DNA of 52,485 nucleotides, filler included, from Ionaspis alba (Eukaryota): assembly GCA_964255285.1 (NCBI GenBank). It is 2 parts of 2 records of this genome, joined end to end, with 100 filler letters (N's around TTAATTAATTAA, not from the genome) between each part and the next. Parts side by side here need not be neighbours in the genome. Positions count along the whole stretch, not along the records: positions 26,407 to 52,485 come from CAXUUL010000149.1; 1 more part is not named here. One strand, written 5' to 3'. A model generated the notes under the pieces. The model did not search any database and had not been told where the DNA came from. It was given only the letters and a program-made list of their open reading frames with translations. Below, one piece after another: positions 35,051 through 46,392 of the stretch (position 1 is the stretch's first letter; each line of letters begins with the position of its first letter). Both the position numbers and the translations under genes were made by a program.

Positions 35051-35535
35051 CACGAGAGAGGCCCCCGAGGCGGAACGAGAGGGAGGACCTCCTCAGGAAA
35101 GCGCGCCCAACATGGGCGAAGACGACAAAGGTTTTCTTAGCGGTAAGTCTAAGTCAATTAGATACACCACTCCACGTCGGCTGGAAATATTCCAATGAAT
35201 AAGTCGATGCAAGAAGTGAGCGGAGATTGGGAGCTGACCGTTGGCAGGAGATTCTTCAAGAACTTGGGGTTTCTTGCCGACTGCCTGAGGTTTACCTCGT
35301 TCGGAAATTCTGCCTAGACTCGATGCGTCTTAGTCATCGGTGCCGCGAATGGATGTTCCGCCTCTGTGGATGACGCTCCTCCAGTTACCACCCCTCGGGG
35401 TGATCAAGTTTTTACAGTACAACAAAGCCTACATAGCGGTTCCCTGGCGGCTGGGAAGGTCTTCACACTACATCTGACTCAGATATATTACTGGAACTGG
35501 ACTCTACAGATTCGGAGTCCGCGGGGCAGGACGCT
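35051..35535. promoter_or_regulatory. Putative bidirectional promoter shared by UBP3 and MAG2
   Basis: 485 bp between the divergent ATGs at 35050 (-) and 35536 (+). Confidence 0.55.
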
Positions 35536-37944
35536 ATGTCGTCAAGCTCAACTCCTTCGCTGGTCCTCTCGAAAGGCGTAAACGCACCCTCTCAATTACC
35601 GTCTCCTTCTCAATCTCAAGCACCTTCTCTACCTAGCAATGACAGTCATTCTCAGCGCCGCAGCGGTGGTTCAGGTAGCTTTGGAGCAGGAGCAAACAGC
35701 CGCTTGTCACAATCTAGTGCTAGGAACAATCAATCTTTTCGAAAGCAGAACAAGGGTCAACGACGACCAAGGCTATCGGGTGAGGATGCTGCTACCGAAT
35801 CTGTAAGTATATCATCACAGAGGCTCAATGACCCGGATATCTAGCTCACGATTAACTTATTGACAGGCTGCGATCAAGTCGACTAGCAGCCGCAAAGGGC
35901 AGACCTCTATAACCCACCTTATGCACTTCTCTCTCCCTCCTCGGCCTCAGAACCACCAGCACTCTCATCACGGACGACCAGTAAGACACAACCCGAGATG
36001 GGGTCTCGGCTCTGGATATCATGCTGTTGACAAAGCGAGGTCTGATTGCTCCTTCGCGCTACTCCTCGAATTAATGCTGAGAGTCACCACAGATGGATAC
36101 ATGCAAACTATCGATTCATCGTCGATCCGAGGGGAGATTATCACAAGCAGGCTATGAATGCAGATGTACATCTGGATTGGAACAATGTACTGCAAATTCT
36201 TGCTTCTGCAAAGTCCCAGACGGCCAGTTGCCCTATTTGTCTATCGACTCCAGTAGCTCCACGGATGGCGAAATGTGGGCATATGTTTTGTTTGCCGTGT
36301 CTGATCCGATACATGCACTCGACCGACGACACAACCCCCACTTTCGAAAAGAAAGCTAGGTGGAAGAAGTGTCCCATCTGCTGGGACAGCGTATATATAT
36401 CCGAAACCCGGCCGGTCCGCTGGTTCCATGGCCAAGAAGAAGACGCGCCCCATGAAGACGGAGATGTTGTGCTTCGACTCATGGTGAGGCAGGCTGGGAG
36501 TACCCTGGCTCTGCCTCGTGATGGTGCAGAGTCGCTGTCTACATCCGAGGACATTCCATGGTACTTTGCCGCTGAGGTGACCGATTATGCTCGTGTTATG
36601 AAGGGAACTGAAGAGTACATGCTGTTACAGTTCAGTCGTGAAATCGAGGAGCTCTCTATACAGGAAAAGGAGGACGAATTGATGTTTGGGGAGGAAACAC
36701 AATGGACAAGAAAAGCAATTGCAACCATCACCGAAGCCAAGGAGAAGGTCAAGGGCATCGGAAATCCACCAGTTGCCCACAGGAAACCGGAAGAGAGGAA
36801 GCCAAAGAGACCACCGATACAATTCCACGAATTGAATGACAACGTGCCAGACTTCTACTTTATTCAGCATGCTGCGAAAGCTGGTCACTCGAGAAATGAA
36901 GGTATCTATACGCCGGACGTGGTACCATCATTTACAGGCTCAAATAGTGGTACTAGCTCCGCAGCTGTCTCGGAAACGACCACTCCAGCAGAACCACAAT
37001 TATCAAAAGACTCGCCTCGGAATATCACATCGGCGCTTATTACGAATCCGATCAATACTCGCCTGAAAAGCGTTCGAATGGAACAGCCACACTCTACCGA
37101 TGCTCCGTACTTCTTTTATCAGGCTTTACTTCATTATTATCTATCTCCTCTTGATATTCGCATTCTCAAAGCAGCGTTTGGTGATTTTTCATCTTTTCCT
37201 ACCACTATTTTACCTCGAGTAGAGCGTGTGTCAACAGGCCATATCGTCGACGACGACCTGAGGAAACGTGCAAGATATCTTGCGCATCTTCCATACGGAT
37301 GTGAGGTCAGTTTCTTGGAATGCAACTGGACGGATGTTGTGGCTCCGGACGTTTTGGAGCATTTCAGACCTGATATAGAGCGGCGGAGGAAGAAGAACAT
37401 GGAGAAAGAGGTCAAGGAGGAGAAAGAGCGGGTGCGAGCAGAGAAAGAAGAGGATGACAAGAGATGGGCAGCTGCAAGGCGAAGGCGGCCGAGTACGACA
37501 AAAGACAAATTCATTTTATCGGATGGGCAAAGTCATGGAGACTTCATTGATGACCCACTCAATTCATCTTTGGTTGATCTTACTGCTCCTTCTTCATCTC
37601 CCCCTTGGCTCTCATCCCAAGCCCGCCAGGGTTCTGCTTTTGCCTCACTAGCCTCTCCCTCCACAAGTCCAGTGGCGCCAAGAACCGTCTGGGGAACTAC
37701 TGCAATAATTTCGAGCTCTCCCCCTCTACCATCAACAAGTCAAGAACGTGAGATTTCTGAGAACGATGGCTGGTTGCAGGGATGGGAGAAAGATTTGTTA
37801 CAAGATGAAGACTTGCTTTCGAGGTTTCGAGGTAGTTCTCTTGGAGAAGGGACATCGAAGATGGGATCGATGGCGGGAAGCAACAAGAAGAAGAAGAACA
37901 AGAAGATCACGCTGATGACTACCAATGCACGACGCGGAGCGTGA
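35536..37944 (+). CDS. MAG2: RING (C3HC4) E3 ligase, RNF10/Mag2 family (exons 35536-35802, 35867-36039, 36093-37944)
   Basis: SITHLMHFSLPPR, DKAR|WIHANYRFIV, RING CPICL...APRMAKCGHMFCLPCL...WKKCPICW, YFFYQA...YLSPLDIRILK, LRKRARYLAHLP and terminal KKKKNKKITLMTT, all RNF10/Mag2 hallmarks. Confidence 0.9.
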
Positions 37945-38366
37945 TAAATTTTTGAACATTCGAATGGCCCCCATCAGCGAAAGGTTTCGAGATGCTTCAC
38001 TACGTTGTATATAGACTCTTGAATAGTTGGAAGGCTTTTCTGAATTGTAGCAAAGTTCTTAGGACTCTTAGTGACATATCTTCTGATGCTTGTAGGAGTG
38101 GACGAATTTTATACCCCTAAGATTGGTAGTTCTTCAAAACAGGTAAGGCGTGTTGTCGTGTCTACTGCCCTACATCATCGATGCGCGCCACGCGTATTTG
38201 ACGAGAAAGAAAATTAGTAAATACCCCTGGACAACTGTGCGCTCCCCAACATCTTTATTTGGGCTCTGAGTACTAATTTCTACAGAAGCCACGTGTACTA
38301 GTCATGATAAGCCGAGTTTTCTAGAGGCCGGAAGGAGACAGGACTCGTCAGTGCGAGAGTGTCACC

Positions 38367-40234
38367 ATGGCTATCCAAACCAGATCTCAACGGGGCATAA
38401 CTCCAAGGTGAGTTTTGTACATTCCGAATGGCTTCTCTGAAGTCGCATTTGTATGTCTCCGAAACTTCACTAAGGATACAGTAGGAAAACGGAGCATCCA
38501 GGCATGGTTGAAACACCACATCGTCGAAAAAACCGAAAGTCAACAAACGTAGAGGTGAAGGAGGAGTCTTCGGGCGAAACAGAATCAAACGATTCAGAGA
38601 TCAAGCTCGATGACGGTATCGAAGTTCAAGTCCCGAACATCAGACGCAACGGTGCGGCGAAGGAGAATGGGGCCGCCAATGGACACGCAGAGCAAAATTC
38701 ATTGGAGCACAAACGAAGGGAGGAGAAAGACCCACGCATTGACTATAGTGGCCACTTCGAGTTCGGAGGCTCCTGGGGAGTGTCAGCCATGATGATAGGC
38801 TTCCCTGCCTTGATGTACTACATGTGGTTGGGAGCAACATACTACAATGGCAAATTCCCGACTCCTGCGAAAGGAGAGAGCATGTCACAATTTTTCCGGC
38901 ATATGGGGCATTTGATCTACGAAGGCGCTTTCCCGTCGCTCAAGGCTTGGGCGATATATTGGACTTTCTTCGTCTTTGAGGCTGCTTGCTATCTTTTGCT
39001 TCCTGGAGTGTATACCAAAGGCAAACCATTATCCCACGAGGGTGGGAAGCAATTGACCTATTACTGTTCCGGAGTCTGGTCTTTTTATACCACTATTGCC
39101 GTGATGGGCGCACTGCATTACACGGGGCTTTTCAAGCTATACACAATCATTGACGAGTTTGGTCCGCTTATGTCTGTGGCAATCATATCTGGATTCGTTG
39201 TTTCTTTCATTGCATATTTCTCAGCTCTGTACCGAGGCGCAGAGCATCGCATGAGCGGTCACGCAGTCTACGACTTCTTTATGGGTGCTGAGCTTAATCC
39301 CAGGATGTTTGGCCTTCTGGATTTCAAGATGTTCTTTGAGGTCCGACTCCCGTGGTATATTCTATTCTTGCTGTCTTGTGGTGCAGCTGCTCGTCAGTAC
39401 GAGCAGTTCGGTTGGGTATCTGGCGAAGTAGCTTTCCTTGTGATGGCACATTTCTTGTATGCCAATGCTTGCTCGAAAGGCGAGGAATGTATTGCGACGA
39501 CCTGGTGCGTGCCATGTTTCTGGGATCTCCATCATATATCGTTGGCTTATCAGCTGTTCTAGGGATATGTATTACGAGAAGTGGGGTTTTATGCTCATTT
39601 TCTGGAATCTTGCAGGCGTTCCCCTTAGCTATTGCCATTGCACGATATACCTGGCCAACCACGCTCCATCAGTGTATCATTGGAATCGAGTTGCGTTAAT
39701 CGTGCTCTACGTATCGTATATTTTCGTGTACTGGGTTTGGGATACTTGCAACAGTCAAAAGAATCGATTCCGGCAACAAGAGCGTGGTACCCTTATGCAG
39801 AGGAAGGCTTTTCCTCAATTGCCGTGGCAGACCGTCAAGAACCCAAAGACTATAAAGACCGATACAGGAGACTCTATTCTCGTCGACGGATGGTGTATGT
39901 ATTTCTCTAGAGTTCCGTCCACACTCAAACTGATTTGTGTCAAGATGGATATGCGCGCAAGATACACTACACGGCGGACCTGTTCTTCGCTCTTACCTGG
40001 GGTCTTGTAACTGGATTCGACAGTCCAATGCCCTGGTTCTACCCGGTGTTTTTCACGGGCATGATTTCGCATCGTGCATACCGTGATATCCAAAAATGCG
40101 AAGCTAAGTACGGGGAAGCTTGGAAGGAATATACAAGAAGAGTTCCATATTTGTTCATACCTGTCAGTCTGCTCAGCGCTCCCTATCGACGTAGTCTTAA
40201 TCTTATTGCTAACAGTTCAAAGTATGTTTTCTAG
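38367..40234 (+). CDS. ERG4: Delta-24(24(1))-sterol reductase (ERG4/ERG24 family), 5 exons
   Basis: [45 protein letters not shown]...[41 protein letters not shown] and VPYLFIP|YVF. First intron 38408-38484 is phase-consistent. Confidence 0.95.
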
Positions 40235-40455
40235 CTTGCACGCAGTCACCTGTATAATACCGATGCATAGCATAATATAATACATAACTTTTTATCTCAA
40301 CTCGTTCTTCGTTACGATCGTTTCCATCAAGAGCTTTCGGCATACCGTCATCTTGCATCGGCTAAGTAACAATCCCTGCCGCCAAAGTTTCGCCTATCTG
40401 CCTGCATCGAATTGTTGGATCTCGAGCTTTGCTGTATCTTCCACCCACCTCTACG

Positions 40456-41625
40456 ATGCTAATCACAGAGACTCATCAAGATGTGGCAACCAGAGCCGAT
40501 GGCAATGGCACAATGCGTAACCGACTCTTCGACCCCTTTATCCCGCAATGATCTGATCCCTTCCAGGCATATTTCTCTACCACCCCACCATACCCAATTA
40601 CCCTAAAGCTCGCTTCCCTGGCGTCGTTGTCTTCAGCGAGATCTACCAAGGCTCGGCATCCGCACCAATTATGGGTGGTAAAGAACGTACTGAGTAGCCC
40701 CAATAGTGACTGGCCCTGTGGCCCGCTTCTGCCGCCAAATTGCTGGTCAAGGCTACATCGTCGCAGCCCCAAGCAGCTATCACGAATTCACGGGTCCAGA
40801 GCCCCTAGCCTACGACGTGCCGGGCACAGACGCCGGTAATGAATACAAGATCAAGAAGGTCTCTTAGCCCTACCAAGGCCTTTGCACCGTCTTACTGGAC
40901 TCGTCAATTACTGAGGATTTCATATGCAGAAAGTCGACGCTTACGATGAAGATTCGACCCTGGCGGTTTCCGCACTCCTTGACCTTCCTACCTGTAACGG
41001 CCGGATTGGCGCTACCGGGATGTGCCTAGGAGGCCATTTGGCTTACAGGTGTGCGCTGGACAAGAGGGTCAGCGCTACAGTCTGCTATTTCGCGACGGAT
41101 ATACACAGCCATAGCTTGGGAGAAGGGATGAAGGATGACAGTCTGGAAAGGGCGGCAGATATCAGAGGAGAGCTCGTAATGGTGAGATGGTAGGGGTCGA
41201 AGTTGGATAGTAGTGTTTTTGACTGACATTCTCTGTCCGTTCAGATATTTGGGAAGAGTGAGTTGTGCCCGGTCGAAGAAGAGATCAACGGCTGACCTGT
41301 GGTAGAGGATAATCACGTTCCACCACAAGGAAGAGATTTGATTAGGAAGACCTTGCACGAAGCTGGGATTGTGTTTTCATGGTATGAAGTTGCGTGGGCG
41401 CAGCGTAAGCAGTCCTTACTTCGCCATTTTTGTCAAGGGAGGGAGAATGCTGCTCATGCTTTGTGTGCAGATGCTTTCATACGAGATGAACTCAGCAAAG
41501 GCCGCTATGATCCGGCAATATCGAAGATTTGCTTTGAGATGTTATTGGAGCTATTCGGGAGGACGCTAAAGCTGGATGTTGGGGATCGTAGTGGTGGCGA
41601 GCAGAAGATTGAAGACGTCTGCTGA
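40456..41625 (+). CDS. Dienelactone hydrolase family protein (multi-exon, includes 13-nt micro-exon)
   Basis: FSEIYQ|VTGPVARFCRQIAGQGY, nucleophile GMCLGG, CYFATDIH, IFGK|KDNHVP and HAFIRDE; catalytic Cys/Asp/His present. Confidence 0.93.
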
Positions 41626-41737
41626 TGATTAACCCAATTTCACATTCATGGATGAATTGTCTGGTACCACGTTTTCACAATTGAAACCTGGATATGAGGA
41701 ACAAAGCATTTTCCTGTTAATTCGTACGGCACAACAC

Positions 41738-42805
41738 TCAGCCCTCTTTACCGTACTTCTTTATCAACCGACTCATGATAGACACAGCGCCTGACTTGTA
41801 ACCCCCACCAAAGAGAGAATAGTGGTTCAGATGATGGTATCTGAAAATACAGTGAGGAGGTCTCCTCCACACCGAATCAAGGAAGACTTACAACTCATAA
41901 AGGCTCACTCTATCCTCGTATTCAGCCACCGGCTCTGTCTTCGGACATAACCGATGATATTCACGGTAGAAGGCTGGACTGAATCCGCCAAACATCTGCA
42001 TGATCCCAAGTTCATACTCGCTATGCGCGTAACAGGCACTCGGGTCAAAGACAACATCCTCCAACTCCATACTGTCCGCTATCTTGCCCCAGGCCTTGTT
42101 GCCAGACCACAGATCGCCATGCACAACTACAGGAATGACGCCTTTTCCTTCGTTTAGATGGTCGTCTCCTAGCAGCCTCGGTACAACGTCGTCGATGACT
42201 TTCTCGACAAGAGATCTAACCTCTTTGTCCTTACCGTTCGCATTTTCGCCTTGGGCGAGAATAGCCCGTAGACGATTCTCAGCATAGAAATCTGCCCAGC
42301 TTTCCTTGTAGTCATTAAGTTGCGGCGTGCTTCCACAGCAGGTCGTGACAGGAAACCCAAAGACCGGCTTCTGGTATCCCACGGGAATTGGCGCTGGCGT
42401 GTTATGTAGCTTAGCAAGCTTTGCGGCCAGGGTCATTCCAGAACCTGTCTTAGTTGATGTGGCCAACGACTTCGGTTCCAATACTAGGAATTCTGTCACT
42501 AAGAAATGACTGCCGGGGGTTTCCTCCATTGCGCCATGTACGAGACTTGCAGGGCAGAAAGAAGGCACCGCTTGGTGAATGGCATTCAGTGAGGCGTGCT
42601 CGCCTCTGAACATGGCGGCAGCTTCTTTACCTGGCCCAGTCTGCAGGAAATAATGTCTCTCAGTTCCATCTTTTGCTCGAAATGTAATCTTTGCGGAATT
42701 GGCAAAGGAGGAACTGCCATGTGGAACTACGGTTGTAGATGTCGCGTCAAGTGAGAGTGCTTTGCTAATGGCTCGATCAAGCTTCATTGTTTTGTCAGAC
42801 CACAT
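41738..42805 (-). CDS. Fructosamine kinase (ketosamine-3-kinase) family protein (last intron 41891-41841)
   Basis: MFRGEHASLNAI, LAAKLAKLH, FGFPVTTCCGSTPQLN, SWADFYAENRL, VHGDLWSGN, FDPSACYAHSEYELGIM and LYEL|YHHLNHYSLFGGGY. Start could be 42787. Confidence 0.93.
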
Positions 42806-43760
42806 ATCTTTGAGGACTGACAAGCTCGATACAGACTTGTGTCTCTCACTAGTAGAAACTGGGAATGCTTTATTATTGGGAACGCGATGAGTCCCGATAG
42901 ACCAAATGTCACATGATCACGCTTGCAGCTAATCCGCGCGTGTAGGTGGCGTCTTCAGGCGCCGTGGCTTTCCAAACCCCGGAAGAAGGTCGTTACTATG
43001 TTATATTGGAAGATGATTCTGTACCTAGTAATTGATGAGAGCTACGATCCTTTGGCAACCTCCCCACCTAGGGATTATGCTTTGCTTGACTCTCGCTATC
43101 CACGCTTTACAGCAGACTCGAAAGAAGACGCGAGGGATTCACCCCCTCTATGAAGCTGATACGGAACCGAGACGTTGCATCATGATTTCTACTACGTTCT
43201 TCGAGCGCTAAATGCTGAACTTTCATTCATGCTCCGGGCTAGCTATCGCGCTGATTTATTAGGCTTCTCGATCGTTCCCTTCTTTCGCGCTTCATAACGA
43301 AAGGTGCAGTTCTCAACCCCTCCTTGTACCCGCAGATAGTCTTACGGCGTCCATTTCGACCTCTAAAATCCCCTTCCTTACCGCCGAAATCGCCCAACCG
43401 CAGAATCCACTCCTCCGTTCTTGGGAAGACATAAGGAACCGCGCTCCATAAAGTATTGCTCCCTCATGTTGTCTCCTTGCCCACCTGTCGCATTCTCGTT
43501 CCCTTGACATCGTATAGCCGGAACGGCCAAGAATGTCCTGGTGCTCGTTGCGCACATTCCAAAGGCTGTACAACAACAGCGCAAGGAATCAACATCCGAG
43601 TGCTTCAAATCTACCTTCAGGATCTCCAGAAAAACATAAAGATGATGGCGGCCTCCCAAAACCATCTTCACCATGTTCGCGTACAACTATCGTCTCTTTC
43701 TTACTGTCTCCTTTCCATGACTCTCCTCTGTTGAGCTTCTGCATACTCATTGCTTCCGTT

Positions 43761-45424
43761 ATGCTCGTGGCTGCAATTATAATTCTTGCAATATTGTTTT
43801 CTTCCATAGAGGCTGTTGATCCTGTGGTTTCGCTCCCATATGGGAAATATCAAGGGAAAGCGTTGAACAATGGCATAAGCCAATGGTTGGGTATGCGCTA
43901 TGCAGCCGCCCCTGTTGGCAACCTGCGCTTCGAGGCGCCACAGTTCCCTCCCCATCATGACGGGATTGCACCTGCAACTAAGGTACGTAAGACTAGTCTC
44001 GACGACAAATCCACCTAGATATACTGACATTCGCTGTATAGCTTACACCGGGTTGCATTGGTGTTGGCTCTAAAGCTTCCGATCCTGGTGTTTCGGAGGA
44101 CTGCCTCTTCCTTGATGTTTATGCTCCTTCGAAGGCAACACCATCATCGAAGCTTCCTGTCTACGTCTTCATACAAGGAGGCGGTCTCGATGGTGACGAT
44201 GCTCATTTCAATGGCAGCAGTTTGATACAAGCATCCGGATTCGACCGGGCCTTAGGCAAGGGAGGCATAGTCACTGTATCCCTTACTTATCGAGGAGCAG
44301 CTCTAGGTTTCTTGGGCGGGAAGGAAATCAAGAGCTACAATAATGGATTCAAAGATCAAAGACGGGCATTGCACTGGGTTCAACTACATATCGCTCAATT
44401 CGGAGGCGACCCAGCGCATGTCACGCTTGGCGGTCAAAGTGCAGGGGCGGGCTCCGTCGTACAACATCTCGCAGCATACAGCGGTCGTAACGACAACCTC
44501 TTCCATGCTGCAGTGGCCGAATCACCATCCCTGCCTGCTGTCCGTAGCATCGAAGAGAGCCAATATCAGTACGATCACCTCGTGAAAAGGGCCAATTGCC
44601 CCAATGACCCCAGCCAGTCCCTGGCCTGTCTTCAGGCACTCAATATCACTGCCTTCCAAAAAGTGCATGTTTCCGAGCCTTTTCAAGACCAAGAAGGGCA
44701 CCCCACGTTTGGCAACCCCATCTTCTCGTACACCTCCATCATCGACAATGACTTCATAACCGACCATCCGAGCCGACTTTACGCGGCAGGCAAATTTGTG
44801 CACGTTCCTACTATTTTTGGCTCCAACTCGGACGAAGGTAGCATCTTTACCGACCAAGCCGTCCATTCCCGCTCTGACTCCGAAGCGTTCTTAAAGAAGC
44901 AATACTCCTTCCTCACGCCCACTCAATTGACTAAATACAATACAATGTACGGCCTCGACCAGCAGGACTCTTCGCCCTACTGGCACCGCGTCTCACGCGC
45001 CTACGGTGAAACCCGCTACATATGTCCCAGTCTCTACCTCTCCACAGATCTTATCAAGTACAACAACGCTGAAACGTGGACTTACCGCTTCGATGTCCTA
45101 GACCCTAAAGCGGTTGCCAAAGGCTTTGGCGTTCCCCACGGTGCTGAACTTGGCGCTATCTGGGGCGTGGGTGGTCCGAAGAGCTATTCCGGAGAGAATA
45201 AGGCAATTATACCGATTATGCAAGGGTATTGGACGAGCTTCATCAAGAGTTACGATCCGAACACTTATAGGGCAGCGGGAACGCCAAAGTGGGAACAGTG
45301 GGTTGGAGGGGAGCAGAAGAGGATCAGACTTGATGCTAAGGGGACGGCAATGGAGAAGGTAGAGGATGCGCAGAAGGAGAGGTGTGCATATCTTTCCGGG
45401 ATTGCAGGCGATCTTGAGCAGTGA
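43761..45424 (+). CDS. Secreted type-B carboxylesterase/lipase (exons 43761-43983, 44042-45424)
   Basis: Signal peptide MLVAAIIILAILFSSIEA; LGMRYAAAPVGNLRF, SEDCLFLDVY, QGGG, FGGDPAHVTLGGQSAG (catalytic Ser), NSDEG (Glu) and GVPHGAEL (His). Confidence 0.94.
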
Positions 45425-46392
45425 GATTTTGGGGATGAGCATGATCTGGGTGTTGTTTCGGGCATATACCGGGATACCCCTTACGGCGGATAAAATCAGT
45501 TATGACATTGGACATTTAGGAAATGGATATCTAGGAAAATGCCGTATAACCTCAAGTACTCATGTTCTAGGTCACGGGACTTCCATTGCGACTACATGTG
45601 AATAATGTATCGGACTGGAGGAACACTCTAGTTGTCCTCGGATGGTCTCATGTGGCTTTTCTGTCTTAGTGAGCGGCTGACAGGAGACAGCAGACAGAAG
45701 GGAAATGCTAATCGGGACTCTACGCAAATGGGGTAATAATGATTCAAGATAATTTTCAAATGCGAGGATCAGGACCACCCTTAAGGTACGGAGAAAGTTG
45801 TCTGAAGTGACATGTGCCACCAACGACCAACAACATGATTTGAGGCCAGTGAAAGCCGAGAGTGGAAGTAGGAAGACTGTTGGCCTGTAGTCAAGCCCGT
45901 TTCCCCACTAAATCCGCCTGCGTGATCAAAGCCTCGTGCCACCAGTATGACGACGGATTTACCGACTGGCCACTCCCTCACAATAATCTCTTCACACTGC
46001 CGACCATACCCTCGATATTGGACACGTCGCCAAGTGCGCTTGCCCCGGCCGACACAGTCCATACGATGGAACTTTGGACCCTGTCGTCGGGCCTAATCGT
46101 TGGGAGGTCATAATCATGATTGCGCCTGCCAACGTGGGCGCAGCCCAATCTTTGAATCCTCCCGCCGAGTCGCCCGCACAGAGCCGCTCCATCTTCCAAC
46201 TACTATTCATTATTCCCTTCACTTGATCTTGCTGTCCCACCCTTCTCTTCTTCTGTACCTCCGCTATGCTACGCTCCTTAATATTCATTCCTTAGAAGCC
46301 CCCAGTTCTTCTCCGTGTCCTTCTAGACCAAGGACCACTCCCGCAAATTCCATTCTTTTGTCGATACAGTCAGCGTTGGTCAAACCACAGAT

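Noticed and set aside
38290..38295. CACGTG upstream of ERG4 as an SREBP-type site
   Set aside because: A single hexamer is expected by chance at this scale and has no supporting context.
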